From Tubulanus polymorphus (Eukaryota; Animalia; Nemertea): a stretch of 64,000 nucleotides of DNA. Positions within the stretch are counted from its first letter, which is position 1; each line of letters begins with the position of its first letter. Positions 36,928 to 50,397 of this stretch are shown piece by piece. Made by a program: the position numbers and the translations under genes. The stretch lies in contig NC_134027.1 of NCBI RefSeq assembly GCF_964204645.1, positions 10,696,485 to 10,760,484 of the forward strand. Reading direction: 5' to 3'. Below the pieces are notes generated by a model that saw only the letters and a list, made by a program, of their open reading frames with translations, was not told the DNA's origin and made no database searches.

Positions 36928-39900
36928 TTACACCTCATCTGAAGTATCGATTAAATTACCAGTATGCGTATTGTAATTTCGGTCATTGAGTCGACCACTT
37001 GTTACATACAGGTCATTCTCAATGACCACGCGATTTCCGTTTGACAGTGAAAAGTAATCAGATTCGTCTTTAGAATCGAAAGCTTCATTGATTAGTCCGC
37101 TATCCGACTTTCTAACGGCTGAATCTCTGTTATCTGTTCGCATAGATATTTCCATCAGGTCATCGTCATTCACTTCGTAATACGGACTTTCCGCCTGTTC
37201 GTCCGAAGTTTCCAGGTCCAAATGGTAGTGGTCAAAATTGTCAAAATCCGTGTCGTTCAACGTGCTTTCTACAATTATAACATGTTTATCGAATTTGAAT
37301 GAAATGAGGAAATTCGTAAACGGGTTTTTGAAAGTAGAAATGTTTAAACACAAATACAGCGGGAGGTTATAAATTTGAATCCGAGTATTCCATAAAGCTG
37401 CTGTAGCTGAAATAAATCTACGATACCAATAATCTAAGATACGAGCTGTTGTGATACGTTTGGAAACAAATCGACTCGAGCGATACTTGGTGCAGAATTT
37501 ATTGAATAATTATTTTTGATGGAAAGAAATTTCCCTCACCGCGCACTAGATTTGGTAATTCATTTTTGTTCCCCACCTTCTTTTTCATTGGTGCTGCTGA
37601 AATATGAGATACATCTCAGATTCGAAAGACTTTTGACAATCATCCTGCACGTATTCTGTGTAAGTTTGCTGTCATACGTACCTAGCTCTGTTGATAATGT
37701 TGAAGTACCAACGTACGTTTCTATCAGATCCGGGTCTCCAGAAATCGCGCGTTGATCTTCATTCGCTAAAATGTGAACAAAGTCGCAAAGTCACAAAGTA
37801 TAAAACGAAACGTATACCGACCATATATATATACACGTAAGTTTATGTGGTAGGAACATTGACAATTAACCTTCCTTGATGGCTTCGGCCCAAGCATTCT
37901 GAATGTGCGAACGGTTAGTTTCTGTCGGGGTTTCAGAAAAACGAACTGATTTTCCAGACTTTTTGCGATCATCGCCGATACTACCTACAATATCAAACAC
38001 GTACTATGTACAATTCCTGCTGGATACGTATGTTGAGACTTGTTTAGACATAAAGCTTTATCCTGGGAAACATAAATAGAAAATATCAAACCCCGATGTA
38101 TGTCTGAAAACTTTCTGAACAAGTCTTTAATAAAAGTGAACGGAGCAATAATGATATAGGAATAAATAAATCTTTTACCGATTCAATTCAATTCAATTAA
38201 ATTTAAGATATTATTGTTCCGTATTTGGTACAGTATATGTTTACCGTTTCTTCGATTCAAGTAGGGATCCAATTGTATGTCATCTGGGTCATATCGTTTT
38301 GAGTTGTGTCTAAAAAAGGACATATTCAAAATGACCTTTGTGAAAAATCATAAAAAAGTTGCCAGCGCATATCTATGGTGGCTGATTCGGGCCATACTAA
38401 AAACACTATCTGTACGGCTAGAGACACGATAAAGAAATTTTTTACGTCGGCCCATTTTTGTATTCTCGCGCGCGAAAACCAAACTTTTTGTTGTCTGAGT
38501 GCGTTAATTCAAAGAGTTTGGTTATCTCATGCAAGAATTCAAATATGTAGTTTTTCTCGCGCGATGGGACAAAAAAATTTGAATCTTCACGTGGAAAAAC
38601 CAAACTCCTTGTATTCTCACGCGAGAAAACCAAAATTCTTTAATTTTTTTCCGCGCGAGAAAACAAAAAAATGGGCCAAGTAAACATCTATTCATCATGC
38701 TTCTAGCCGGACAGAAATATCTTTTGAATGGCCCAAATCAAATCAGTCACCACACGTTATATCTTTGAGGCGAGCCGTATTGGCTGTTAAGAGTTTGATT
38801 GAAGAAATTCACTCACACATTCTTCTTTTCTCTACACGTCAGCAATCCTGAAATGGAAAGAAAAGACTGTTGTATTGCTACAATCGCATAGAAATTTCTG
38901 CTATAGATTTTGTGTCGTGTACGGACTATACAAACTTGATCGAAGCTTTCAGTTAGTATCCACAAGTAGGTTTTGGTTTTTACTATTTTTACTCTACTAT
39001 TTTGATTTTACTAAGACTATTACGCACAAAAAACTGCGACCTTTTCGCTGAATGCAGTTTAATTAATGTAAAGGGAATTCAGAAAATCGTACCTCGCCTT
39101 CGGATGAATATAGTCACGCTTATGATGATAAAAATAACCACAGACCCAGCGACGATCCCGGCAATCAACGACATTTTATCTACAAATGGATAAAAATGTT
39201 GCGACTGACAAAAAACTTCTCAAAATACAGGCGCTGAAATCATCAAAGTGAGATCACTATCTCACCGAGAAAATCGGTTAAAGATAACACTGAACAAATA
39301 TAAGGCTGTTTCATTAGGTGTATTTGTAAGAATTGTCCGATATTCAGTGGATGAATGAGCAGTGGAAAAAGGCACTTATCAATCTATACCCACCTAATGT
39401 TTGTGGTGGAGGTGGAACGGTGGAACGTGGTTCTACAGCCGTGGAACCGATGGAAGCAGCAGCGTTAGTTGATGACACCGATGATAGATTAGTGACAGTT
39501 GTTGGAGACTTCGATGACGATGTCGTCTGTATTTCTGAATATGATACTTCACCATCACTTGTAATAGGCATAGAAGTCGTGCTGTTTGTAGGTATCTGAG
39601 TTGTTCTATCTTTGAAGTTTGTAGATTGAGTTGTTGGAACTGAAAATAACGAAACCATAGAAGTTCCCGAAAGAACAGAAAAACGGGTTTTGTTGCGCTG
39701 CGCACTGTAATCATTTGAGTTACATCATGATCCGAGTATTTCGGCCATAGATAACAGTATACAAATAGATAACAAGATTGGTCCACAAGGGTTGTTTGTA
39801 AGGATAATCGTCAATACCGATAGTAGCAGTTGATGACACTGATGATGGATCATTAGTGGCAGTCATTGAAGGGTTCGTCGGTTTTATTTCTGAATGAGAT

Positions 39901-41162
39901 ACTGTAGATGTATCACTTGTAACAGGCGTTGAAGAAGTCACATTGCTTGTAAGTATCGGATTTGTTGGAATTGATGCTGACAAAACCACAGATGTTTTCG
40001 ACTGAGTGGAAGGCACTGTTGACGAACTTAAATGAGGTAATGTCGATGCAGCTTCTGGAAGAGACGTCGTAGTTGTCGCGTTTGTAAATTGAGTTGTTGC
40101 GACTGAAAATAACGAAACCATGGAAGTTCCGGAAAGAAACGAGGAAACCAGATGAAACGTTAAGTCGGTGGAGAAGGCTTCGTTGGGACTTGAAAAAAAT
40201 ATCCACAGTCTTTGTATTTTCCAACGCGAGATTCTTTAATCGACTTACTTTTCGAAATGCGTAGTTCGCTAATATTTTCTCACCTGTTGTTAAATGTATA
40301 GATTGTGTCAAATTAGCTAAGTAGATATCGTCGTAAACGACTCTACATTCTAGAACCGTGTAGTTATCGGATAAGCCTTCCTCATTCAATTCGCTTCGAT
40401 GTTGAGATCGCATGGATCCACTGGATCGGGTGTCTTTATAGAATGTTGGTTGAAGTCTGGTGAAAATTCCACTAAAAGTTTTTGCCCACCATTGCACTTG
40501 ACATTTTGGGTAACTTGGCGGCAGAGTCTTGCACACATACATCGTGCCATTCGCCTGCGTTAAAACTGCCTCGTTGGGTTCGACTGATAAAAGGATAATA
40601 TTTTCTAAGTTAGAATGTTACATGTAATTAAGGATTATCCGCGCAATAGTTATTTCACACGGACAAACCTTTAATAATAAGCCGAACAGAACCCATTAGA
40701 AGACCTTTGCCAGGAATTGGGCATTTACAGAGGTACGTTCCTGCGTTGTCCGGTGTAACATTATTCATTTTCATTAGATTATGTTCGGAAAATTCAATGA
40801 CGCCTGCCTGTATTTTCGACCATTCGCATGTATAATTTCCGGTAACATTGAATTTTACGATTAACGCCATTCCTGGTTCTAAGGTGATGTTTTTAGTAGT
40901 TCCATCGGGTTGTATGATAACTACAGCATTTACACATAGAAGAGAAAAAATTTTGTATTATGAAATTCAAAGAAGAAAAAACATGATAATTCGTTGGAAG
41001 CATTTATATTCTAATTTTCAATGAGGTGAGCCTGTCTAGTTTTTTTAAACCAAAATCTGAACAACTATTCTATCGTGCATAATTCCAATTACCTTCAATC
41101 GCTGTACACACGAAGCAATGGACTAATACAATGATAACACAAGCCCAACATCCTAACTTCAT
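36928..41162 (-). CDS. Ig-Ig-mucin-TM receptor with ITIM-like tail, copy 3 (intact, predicted 650 aa)
   Basis: 12 phase-compatible exons: 41093-41162, 40669-40920, 40284-40604, 39818-40102, 39394-39639, 39093-39179, 38817-38847, 38245-38309, 37871-37984, 37682-37765, 37540-37596, 36928-37268 (sum 1953 nt). Tail motifs KSVRF, SPYYEV, SDYFSL, NDLY. Confidence 0.82.
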
Positions 41163-44100
41163 TTTTCTCGTATCGTTTACTCTAAGCGCTTAACATACTG
41201 TATATTTCTGAAATATATACACGAGAGGGCACCTTCAGAAGAATACGTTGAAAATTCCGCACGCCCTAACATTTTTAATCGTATTGTGGTGTATTCCATA
41301 TCAACGTTTTAATCCAATGACAAATGCCTAATGCCCTTCCCATTGTTTTCATTTTGTCTGATAAAAAGAGAACGATGATTTCAAAAAAGATCATTCGATA
41401 AATGCCGTGTGATTCATAAAAGTTGTACATTTGGCCATATAGTTGAATGTACACTAAAATACAACTATATATATTTATATATATATACGCTCCTTAGTTT
41501 ACCGAGTCATTGTCTACCTCGTCAGGTTGTATGTATTAACCAAATACGGAATTTCCCAACGTCGAAATTTTCTATTGAAATCAGGAACAAGATCTCGTCA
41601 CCGCAAAACATTCATGCGCGTACCGGTATGCGGAAGCTTTTCGAGTCGTTTCTTGAAAACCCTCTTCAAATGAATTTCATACAATTTCAATTATATTCAC
41701 GTTTCGTGTTGACAGAAAAAAACTGGGCCCAGTATTCCAAGCAGCCTTCGTGTACTATTTGGATCATTCTGCAATTTGCCGAAAATCAGTTCACTCGACG
41801 GCCAACGGCAATGCATCGATTGCATGATTTATTCAGGCTTGATAGATCAGTATTTTGCTTATAGATGGAGTTTTATATTGTGGCGCACTGCTGCTAAAAA
41901 TGAATTAATCAAATAACGAATTCATTTTTCATAGAGGATTATATTTTGTAATGAATGTATCGTGATCAGCAATCAATTATATGGGATTCTTCAATCCAAC
42001 TCATTCATTTGGCCAACAGAACATTGGGTGGGTGATTTCCATGTGAGAATGTATGAGGATTTTAATTTAGAGTTAAATGCTATGTTAATATTGTCGTTGA
42101 AATTTTTTTTATCTTTAATTGTCCATTTTGGATGAAATAGATTTATCGTTGCACCAAACCACGTCGCCATTCTCTACTGAATTTTTACTGTTTTCATATT
42201 ACCATACTTTTTATTCGTTCTGACATCTCGTAATTTGTGGTTTTCTTTCATTTAACATAAATTGAATAAATCATTTCACTTCGTATAGTATTAGTTTTAT
42301 TCTTCTAAAGATGCAAAATTTTGTCAATCATAACCCATTTCAATCTGATCCAGGGGGTGTATAACTTGATTTGACAATTAGGATTTTGGCAGCGTAGAAT
42401 ACCACATACAGACTGCTTTCGACTGAGTGGAATGAAATTTCACAGAGAGGAATGAACGAGTATCTGCAGAGAGCAGAAAATGATAATGAAACGTGTCTTT
42501 TTTACATTTCTAAGCGCGAATCCGAATCAATAAGTTTATCGATAAACCGTAGTGGCTGCTTCGTACGGTATAGTAGCGATCTGGGGAGAAATTCTCTTTT
42601 TGAAAATAAATGAAAATTCGATTCTCTACGTACGTATTCTCAACCGACAGCCATTTGATTCCGACTTCGAGGGGATTCCTTGTAATGAAACATGGGACGT
42701 TGGAGCTGTTTTGTGTTTTCTGCAGATTATCAAATCGCTAGAGGATTTATGCCTATGTCGTCATAGTCTCGAAAGCAGTATGATGTTTTACAACAATTAT
42801 TTACATCGAATATGAAATATTTGCGATGACCAATTTTGTTTTTCTTTCATTAAGCAAAAGCAATATCGGCCAGTGAAACTATATATCGAATTTCGTATAC
42901 GCGCCCGATGACGATTCACGTCGATTAATAAGAATTTTGGAGTAATAAAACAGATCATAAGATCTGATTACTCACCAAGACAGTACTGACTATAGTTGGA
43001 CCTAAAGTGTGCTGCAAGCGGCTGATATAGACATTGCCCGATATTCGGCCCATTAACGAGCTGCGTCGCGTCGGCGTCGACCGCAGCTGAGGCAATTCCG
43101 ATTTTTCCGATGAACAACGCTGTTGGATGGTCTTGAGAGAAATCCTTTGCGACCCTCTATCATAAACCTAAAACTTCTCCCTGCTCAACATTTCGCGTCT
43201 GCTCTTTTAGAGTCTTCTCTTCGTATATTGTTTGGCATTGGGTATGAATTTGATTAAGGCAATTCGAAATTGGAATAACGAGCATTTGGCACATTGCATG
43301 AGAATTTGAAAATTGTAACTTCCTTCTTAAGTTGAAGTCTGTAATTTTTCCAATCATGCAGTTGGAAGTTATTACATGTGGGTTATTTGTCCGCCCTTGT
43401 TCTTAACTTTCAAATTAATCAGTTATTGCGTTTATGTGGATGCATGTTCATGTATTTTAGATGTACTAATTATAATCTCTTAGTTATTACATATCGTATC
43501 ACAGCGATCTACGGACGTTATTGGTGTACCTAGGCAATTGAGATTGGTTATTATTGTTTTACATCCACGTAACCTTCAAATAGATGAACATCTCTTCTGT
43601 GTTTATTTTTTGTGTTTATTTGAATGGTCTGCTCTCCAGCACTGGAAAGTCCAGATTTACCATATTGGTTATACCTTACGACCGTTTTAGCGTTTTGGCG
43701 CACCGAAATAGACATTTCCTATTTCCTATGAATTTCGGCTATTTTTTTCATTTTGACATTCTGGCGCCTTAATTTGTATGCCGAGTAATTGTCATGATGC
43801 GCCGAATTCTGCCCATGTTCTGCCCGTTATTAAAATTACCAGGTATGCAAAATGAATTATTTAGGAATTAAGTTTTAGTTTTCATATGGGCGCTTTCTAT
43901 GACGTCTTCCGGACCTCGTAGAAAAGGACCATTTTGTCCATAGATTATTTTTCCACATCGAGGACAGCTTTGTAGCATTGGCGTTCATTTGTACACGGCA
44001 TTGTCTCGATGTCTAAAGAAACATGGTAGATCTCTGTGAAAATTACTATTCCTTCTTTTCCTTACATTAAGACAATGAGGAATATTACGAACACGAATAC

Positions 44101-44391
44101 AAATGCAAATATAAATTTACGTCGATCCAATGTATATACGCTTAGGAACGTTATGGATGATTTTGAAGATTATTACTGGTTAAAATTTAGAATTTTTGAG
44201 ACGACGTTTGCATTCCTCGATCACGTGTCTGACGTGTTGTCAAGTTATCGACTCCTAAAGTGCAATTCTTATTTTGTCGGTGATTGTGTATCATCTTTCA
44301 TTTATTTCGTATTAATAAGCTTCCTTTCTCCAAACTGTGTATGAAAATGCATAAAAACAACACATAGTGTTTTACTATGACGGGAATACGT

Positions 44392-44397
44392 TTTATT
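44392..44397 (-). terminator. Putative polyadenylation signal of the toxin-like gene
   Basis: AATAAA on the minus strand ~55 nt after the stop. Confidence 0.5.
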
Positions 44398-44451
44398 TTT
44401 TCAATCGAAGCTATTCAAATTGGGAAAGCCCGTCAAGAGTCCATATGTCGA

Positions 44452-45348
44452 TTAACCCTCTTTGCAACATGTGGCAATTGCAGATGGATTCCGTTTAGCG
44501 CATTTGTGCCATCCACTTTTGCAGCCAACAACGAAGAACGAGGTACCACTTAGTGAATTACCATGTGGAGATGGTCCATCGGAATCGCATCGACACGGGA
44601 CTCCTCTTCTGAATCTCTCATGAACCAATTCTGGAATAATACATATGAGAAATGGATATTTAAAAGCCCTTCGTTGGGAAATGAACAAAATAAATTCTTC
44701 GAGATTTGGGAAATCTTTGGCGATTTGCCAAAGTATCGCCACCTACGTATCAGTGTTTTGGACATTTCAAAGACTGTTAGAAAGCTCTACAGCAAGCATC
44801 TGACCACGCCGAAATCTAGAGGAGTTCATCGTCACTCCCAATGTGACGACGCTAGTATTTCAAGTACTACTTCTTGGAGCCCAACGCGCACGACGTACGA
44901 AAACGTATCGAACATGTATGCGAGCGTTTCCTTGCGCCGTGTGCGTTTAAGAGAGTCGATAAACATGGTTTCGGCGACTGCGTCGTGTGCGTTGGGCCAC
45001 AAAGAGCAGATTAACGAAAGACGAAATAATTTTCACCGAGGTGAAAATATTTCTGAAGCCCGAGTCTAAAAGCCAGTAATGTGGCAACTAATTTACAAAG
45101 GGACTATAAGCGATGTTACCTTCAAAACCGTCCTTCGCCGCCACTGAGGCAATGACTACTGCGACAATCAAAATAAAGGTCTGTAATGAAATGAATATAT
45201 GTAAACCATTGTGAATCCAACATTGCGGGAATTACAGGAAACAAGTTCCACGTTGTGAGAATAAGTTTTGGCTAGAATTTCAACTGGTTTAAATCTGCAT
45301 TCAACTTACATGCTACGCATTATATCATACTGTTTTACTTACCTTCAT
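44452..45348 (-). CDS. Secreted prepro-peptide, sea-anemone type 1 sodium-channel-toxin-like (beta-defensin fold), 81 aa
   Basis: Exons 45343-45348 (MK|gtaagt), 45120-45180, 44452-44630 give [81 protein letters not shown]. Confidence 0.9.
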
Positions 45349-45413
45349 TTTTAATTCAGTTGGACGCTTTTCAACGCTTTACACTTGAATATCACACGTC
45401 TCGAATTCCATTG

Positions 45414-45421
45414 TTTATATA
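45414..45421 (-). promoter_or_regulatory. Putative TATA box of the toxin-like gene
   Basis: TATATAAA on the minus strand ~65 nt upstream of the ATG. Confidence 0.55.
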
Positions 45422-46384
45422 GTTGTTTCTAGTCATCTATGATTATACTAATCATGACAAGTCGGCTAATAATCCCTTCCTAATATGACAGTCATTAATG
45501 TATACCTGAATTAAGTTTTCGTTTGATGCCTGACAAAAAGGATTACTCTTGAATGATGATGTTTTTCGAGTAATTTTGGGAGCGGTACGCGGATTCGTTC
45601 GAAAAAGGTCCATTCAATGCAAAATTATCCATTTTCGACCAACATCGATTGAAATTCTTCGTTATAGTAAATTTCACTTTTATTGAATATTTGTAACACG
45701 TATTGAACTCAGGCGAAAAGATCCTGTTATCTTGAAACGATCGACTAATGACTTTTGGCCATGGACGATCCTAAATGCTACGAGGGTTGAGGTTGTAGGG
45801 AATTTGATCCCTCATCATAAATCAATATCAATGGTAGCATCGATCAAAATCCCTAGAACCTTTTTGTTGTGGGTGCTAGATATATCGGTTTTTACTAAGC
45901 GTAAGCAATTCAGTAGAATCTTCGGTTTATGAAGTAATGATAAACATCAGATCTTTGATTACGTCACAGTCAGCTAGTGGTGGGAACTAAAACCGACCAC
46001 GCTTTATAGTTCGGTCGCGACGAATTTCACATCGGCCATTTTGTAACAGATCCGACTACAGCAACCGTGCTCAATCCCATGGTTCGCTATTTCCGGACTA
46101 TAGTTCCGACTACCTGACATTCCGTTTTCGCAAACACGTACGTTGTCGACTAACTCCCATAACCTAAGTACGCCCAGGTTCGCTAAAAGTCATTCCGTTG
46201 GCCTCAACAGTTCCAATGGGGAAAACACGACACCAGCTATCCCACCACATGGAGTGACGAGCACTTAGTCTTACAATGATCAATTTTTGGGTTAAAACGA
46301 TATCGTGCAAGCAAACTAAACTAAGTTCAATCTTTTATAAAATATCTCTCAATTCATATGTTAATGACAGGTTTAAGAGCTATA

Positions 46385-46720
46385 TTTCTATTCTATTCTA
46401 TTCTATTCTATTCTATTCTATTCTATTCTATTCTATTCTATTCTATTCTATTCTATTCTATTCTATTCTATTCTATTCTATTCTATTCTATTCTATTCTA
46501 TTCTATTCTATTCTATTCTATTCTATTCTATTCTATTCTATTCTATTATTCTATTCTATTCTATTCTATTCTATTCTATTCTATTCTATTCCGCTCCGTT
46601 CCGTTCCGTTCCGTTCTATTCTATTCTATTCTACTCCACTCCACTCCACTCCATTCCATTCCATTCCATTCTATTCTGTTCTATTCCATTCCATTCTATT
46701 CTATTCTATTCTATTCTATT
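46385..46720. repeat. (TATTC)n microsatellite with CGTTC/CACTC/CATTC variants
   Basis: Directly visible pentamer array. Confidence 0.97.
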
Positions 46721-48603
46721 ATCAAATGACCTACCAAATATATAAAACATTCATTTTTCTACTCATATATCATTATAGTTTTCGCTTATAATTGGTTTAT
46801 TTAAGAAAATGTTCGTTCAGTTTTTAATTGAAATGTAGAAGAAATCGAATGCAGAAGACCAACTAACTACAGGCGAACCTGATGGGTCCTCGCCTACCAT
46901 GGGCACAATCATCGATTGCCACAGGGGATCGATATAATATAGTGTTTGAATTTGGTAGCTCGTAAGATAAAACAAGTATAATCGTATTGAGATTCGGGAG
47001 AATAAAAACCTGTTCGAAGCTGATTATTGAGCTTCGCTGGTGGGAGGCAACCAAACCCTGGCAACTAGGATGGTTTCCATCGCATCGTAAGGGAGACATA
47101 TTCATGGGGAAACCGCCGCCGTGTCGCTGTTTATTGCCATAAACGGGGTTTATGGAGTTGTTTTGTCGCACGAATACCCAGATTATATATTTTTTGAAAA
47201 AGAGTAAAAATGCCTTTGTTTTTATCTGTTATCGACAGATTTATAACGTTACCGGTATATTCTAATGGCCTCTGAATAATTATTGATGTTGCAATATGCA
47301 AATAATCTTTTAACCATAATTACAAAGGGATTTGAACAGTCGTGTATCGTGCATGATTCATATATGGCTGGTGACGTTCAACCAGTCGAGGAGTTGTTAA
47401 ATAGAAAGTGCCTAGGATGATTTCATTTAGGATCGGAGATTATTCATATAATCTCATTCATTGAAGATCCATGTGTATCATACAGAGCTGCATAAATTCA
47501 TATGATAAATGATTGAGAATTATCCGACACGTTTAGAATTAATAGCTTACACGTATAAGTTTAATCTTGATTTATTGCTTATTAGATTTTGAGTTTTTAA
47601 GCATTACTCTATCATAGATGCTTGGATTAAATGTAGTTCAATTTCTCCTTAAATTTCCAGTCAACGAGGTTCAACGGTTTTTTAAGTTAGTGTAAATATG
47701 GTTCGAACATTTTTTCTATAGGATAATACTAACGGGTTTGATGACAAAATAGAAATTGGGAATTCCGGCTCTAACATTTTCAGTGGATGGCTTAGTAGGA
47801 TGATGATTTTAAGTTTTCAACAATTTCTAGGTTATAAACAATATTGTGATATAGTGAAAAGAGGTTTTAAACAGTGAAAACACACAGGTATGCAACTAAA
47901 TCACCTAAGTCTTTCCAATATAAACCAGCCCGATTTTTTCTAGGCTTGAACACGTATATAACCAATGAGTCACGGCCAGTAAATGGCCTAATATTGGCCA
48001 ATTACACTTGCCCGGACTTGTCTGAGTGGCTAATATAGCGAAACAACCGCGAAAATATCATCATTTTTACTGTTGCACGCACTCAGTCGCTCAAGCACTT
48101 CCAAAAATATCATATGGCCAATATGACAAGAATTTCGTGAATGTTTCTTGATTTTCTGATGAAAAAAACACACATGATTTAACCATTTCAATGCCAATGG
48201 ATTCAGAAACGATGTCGTTTATTTACAAAGGCCCATGGAAACCTTACGGGCACCGATTTACTATGGAAATATACGAAACATGTTTATTTTGAAAAGAAAG
48301 CACCGCAATATAAATAAAATGCAGTAGATTGAAAGTATAACAAATTCATGCATAACGAAAAAACGGAATGAAAATAAACAAATACTACATTTATTCATGT
48401 ATGTAATCAAGATTATAATAGAATAAAAACAAGTATTACAGAATAGAGAATGGCCTCAGAAGCAGTAGTAAAATGTAATGACTAGACTAACTCTGAAATA
48501 TGAGCTCAACTCCAGTACTGGTAAAAGTAGATTTGCGCAGAATCTAATCACATCGGACTGGTATTTGAAATAAATCCGCCTGGACTATATTGGACTGATT
48601 CTA

Positions 48604-48822
48604 ATCGTCAACCGATTTTACTCGTCGACAATGTCTACAATCCTAAATGTCGACCGATTTACTCGTCGACAATGTCTACAACCCTGATTGTAGACCATTT
48701 GTATTCGTCGACAATGTCTACAACCCTGATTGTCGACCGATTTTACTCGTCGACAATGTCTACAACCCTGATTGTCGACCGATTCTACTCGTCGACAATG
48801 TCTACAATCCTGATGTCTACAA
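48604..48822. repeat. 42-bp minisatellite, about 5 units
   Basis: GTCGACCGATTTTACTCGTCGACAATGTCTACAACCCTGATT repeated. Confidence 0.9.
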
Positions 48823-50397
48823 CTTTTTATATTCTTTTAATTCTACCATTTATTTTACATATTTTTTCATTTGAAATCTATATAATTGATTTTCATATAT
48901 ATGATATTCATTTATATAATGTTCGTATATATGAAATTATTAGAGTAATAGGGTATATGTTGTTTCATATCAGAGGTTGAGGGGGCGAGTGAGTAAAGTG
49001 GAGGTTTGCAGACCTCTAATGCTGATCGCCATCGTGGTCCACGTTCAGGATTGTTGGTGGCTTTATCGACGATAATGCAATGGCTTCACTTGAATTGATT
49101 TCTCTTTTTCTATACTAGAACATTAAAATGAAACAGGCATTCTTTCGTGCATTGAAATCTATTACGTCGTACATTACGTTATTGAATACCTTTTCAAAAA
49201 GCCGTGGGACCTGCCGAATATAGCTTTCTATGCATTGTTGTCACGACAGATTAATCAATAACTTTTTAGACGGATCACAAATCACAGTTTATGACGCTCA
49301 CTTTTGTTGAGTAACGATGTGTACTAGTAATTTGAATATGTCTTCTGCATTGTAGGTCAGCAACATGAATAGTTCTTCGGGCAAGTTGTGCTACAGTCGC
49401 CGATAGCTGTGCGTGAATAAAAACGGATAGCGGATATACGAAGATGACATAATATCTTTGAAAAATCTATATTTCTAAAAGGAAATATACTGCGAAAGGT
49501 GGTTTTGCAAAGTCATTAAAAATCAAGATCAAAAGCCTCTAAGGATATACAATTCTTCCGATTTTGGAGGGAGAAGTCATAAAGAATGAATAAATTAATG
49601 AAGATTAAAAAATCGGAAGTAATTAACGAACAGTTTAAAAGCGGAAGCACCCGTCGCGATAAAATGAAGATTTAAATATTACAAAATCATTATGAAAAAC
49701 GGAATGAAAAGAAACAAATGCTACCATTGATAATATTCACGTACAAATTGTAGAATGAGAATAGAAAATTTAATTGAATACAAGTCACGAGAAGAGCAAA
49801 GAGATTTAGACAATCAATCCGGCGGCTTGAAATAAAGAAACTCCTTTAAAATGAATAAACTCGAATGCAAGATCTTTGCTTTCGAATAATTTGTTAATTA
49901 CAAGGGTAGACCTAAGGTTCATATAAATCTATATTTTTGAGTTTTGAATTTTGAAATCAGGGGATCTAAAAATAGCATTCATCATTAGCGGGACGTCGAT
50001 TCAGCAATTAATTTTTCAGGGAAGAGCCGATCAGCCTTCCCGAAAGGGAATGCGCATCATCCGTGAGTGTCGCAAAAAATTATCTCATTGCTAATTAAAG
50101 TTGAAAAATAAGATACATGTACGTTGTTTTCTGAATACTAAAAGATTCTTAATTTTATTTGTGTTCTGTCTACTTAATTGCGGAAATCCGATGTATTTGC
50201 AGTACTGGGAACAATAAAGTATTGAATAAAGTAATAATTAAGTATATTTGAATAAGTATTAATAAAGTATATTTGAACTTGAATTGAGCCCACAGGGGGT
50301 GGTATTGGAAGACACCAGGTGGTTTGGTCATCTTAATTAGTGGCGCTGTCGCAAAAACGAAAAACGAAAGGAAAAATTTCGTAATTTACTTATCGAA

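Larger units (their letters stand above)
23652..42776. repeat. Tandem segmental triplication (units ~23652-29541, 29542-36131, 36132-42776)
   Basis: ATTCCTAGGAATTTGTCGTGTTCTATG recurs at each unit start; sequence is colinear and highly similar throughout. Confidence 0.93.

Noticed and set aside
44631-44742. N-terminus of ORF 44452-44742 as the toxin leader
   Set aside because: Not signal-peptide-like; a good acceptor at 44631 and upstream signal exons explain it as intron.
44563-45069. 168-aa plus-strand ORF
   Set aside because: No motifs; antisense to the toxin-like gene and mostly within its intron.
46276-46791. YSILF-repeat ORFs
   Set aside because: Translation of the (TATTC)n microsatellite.
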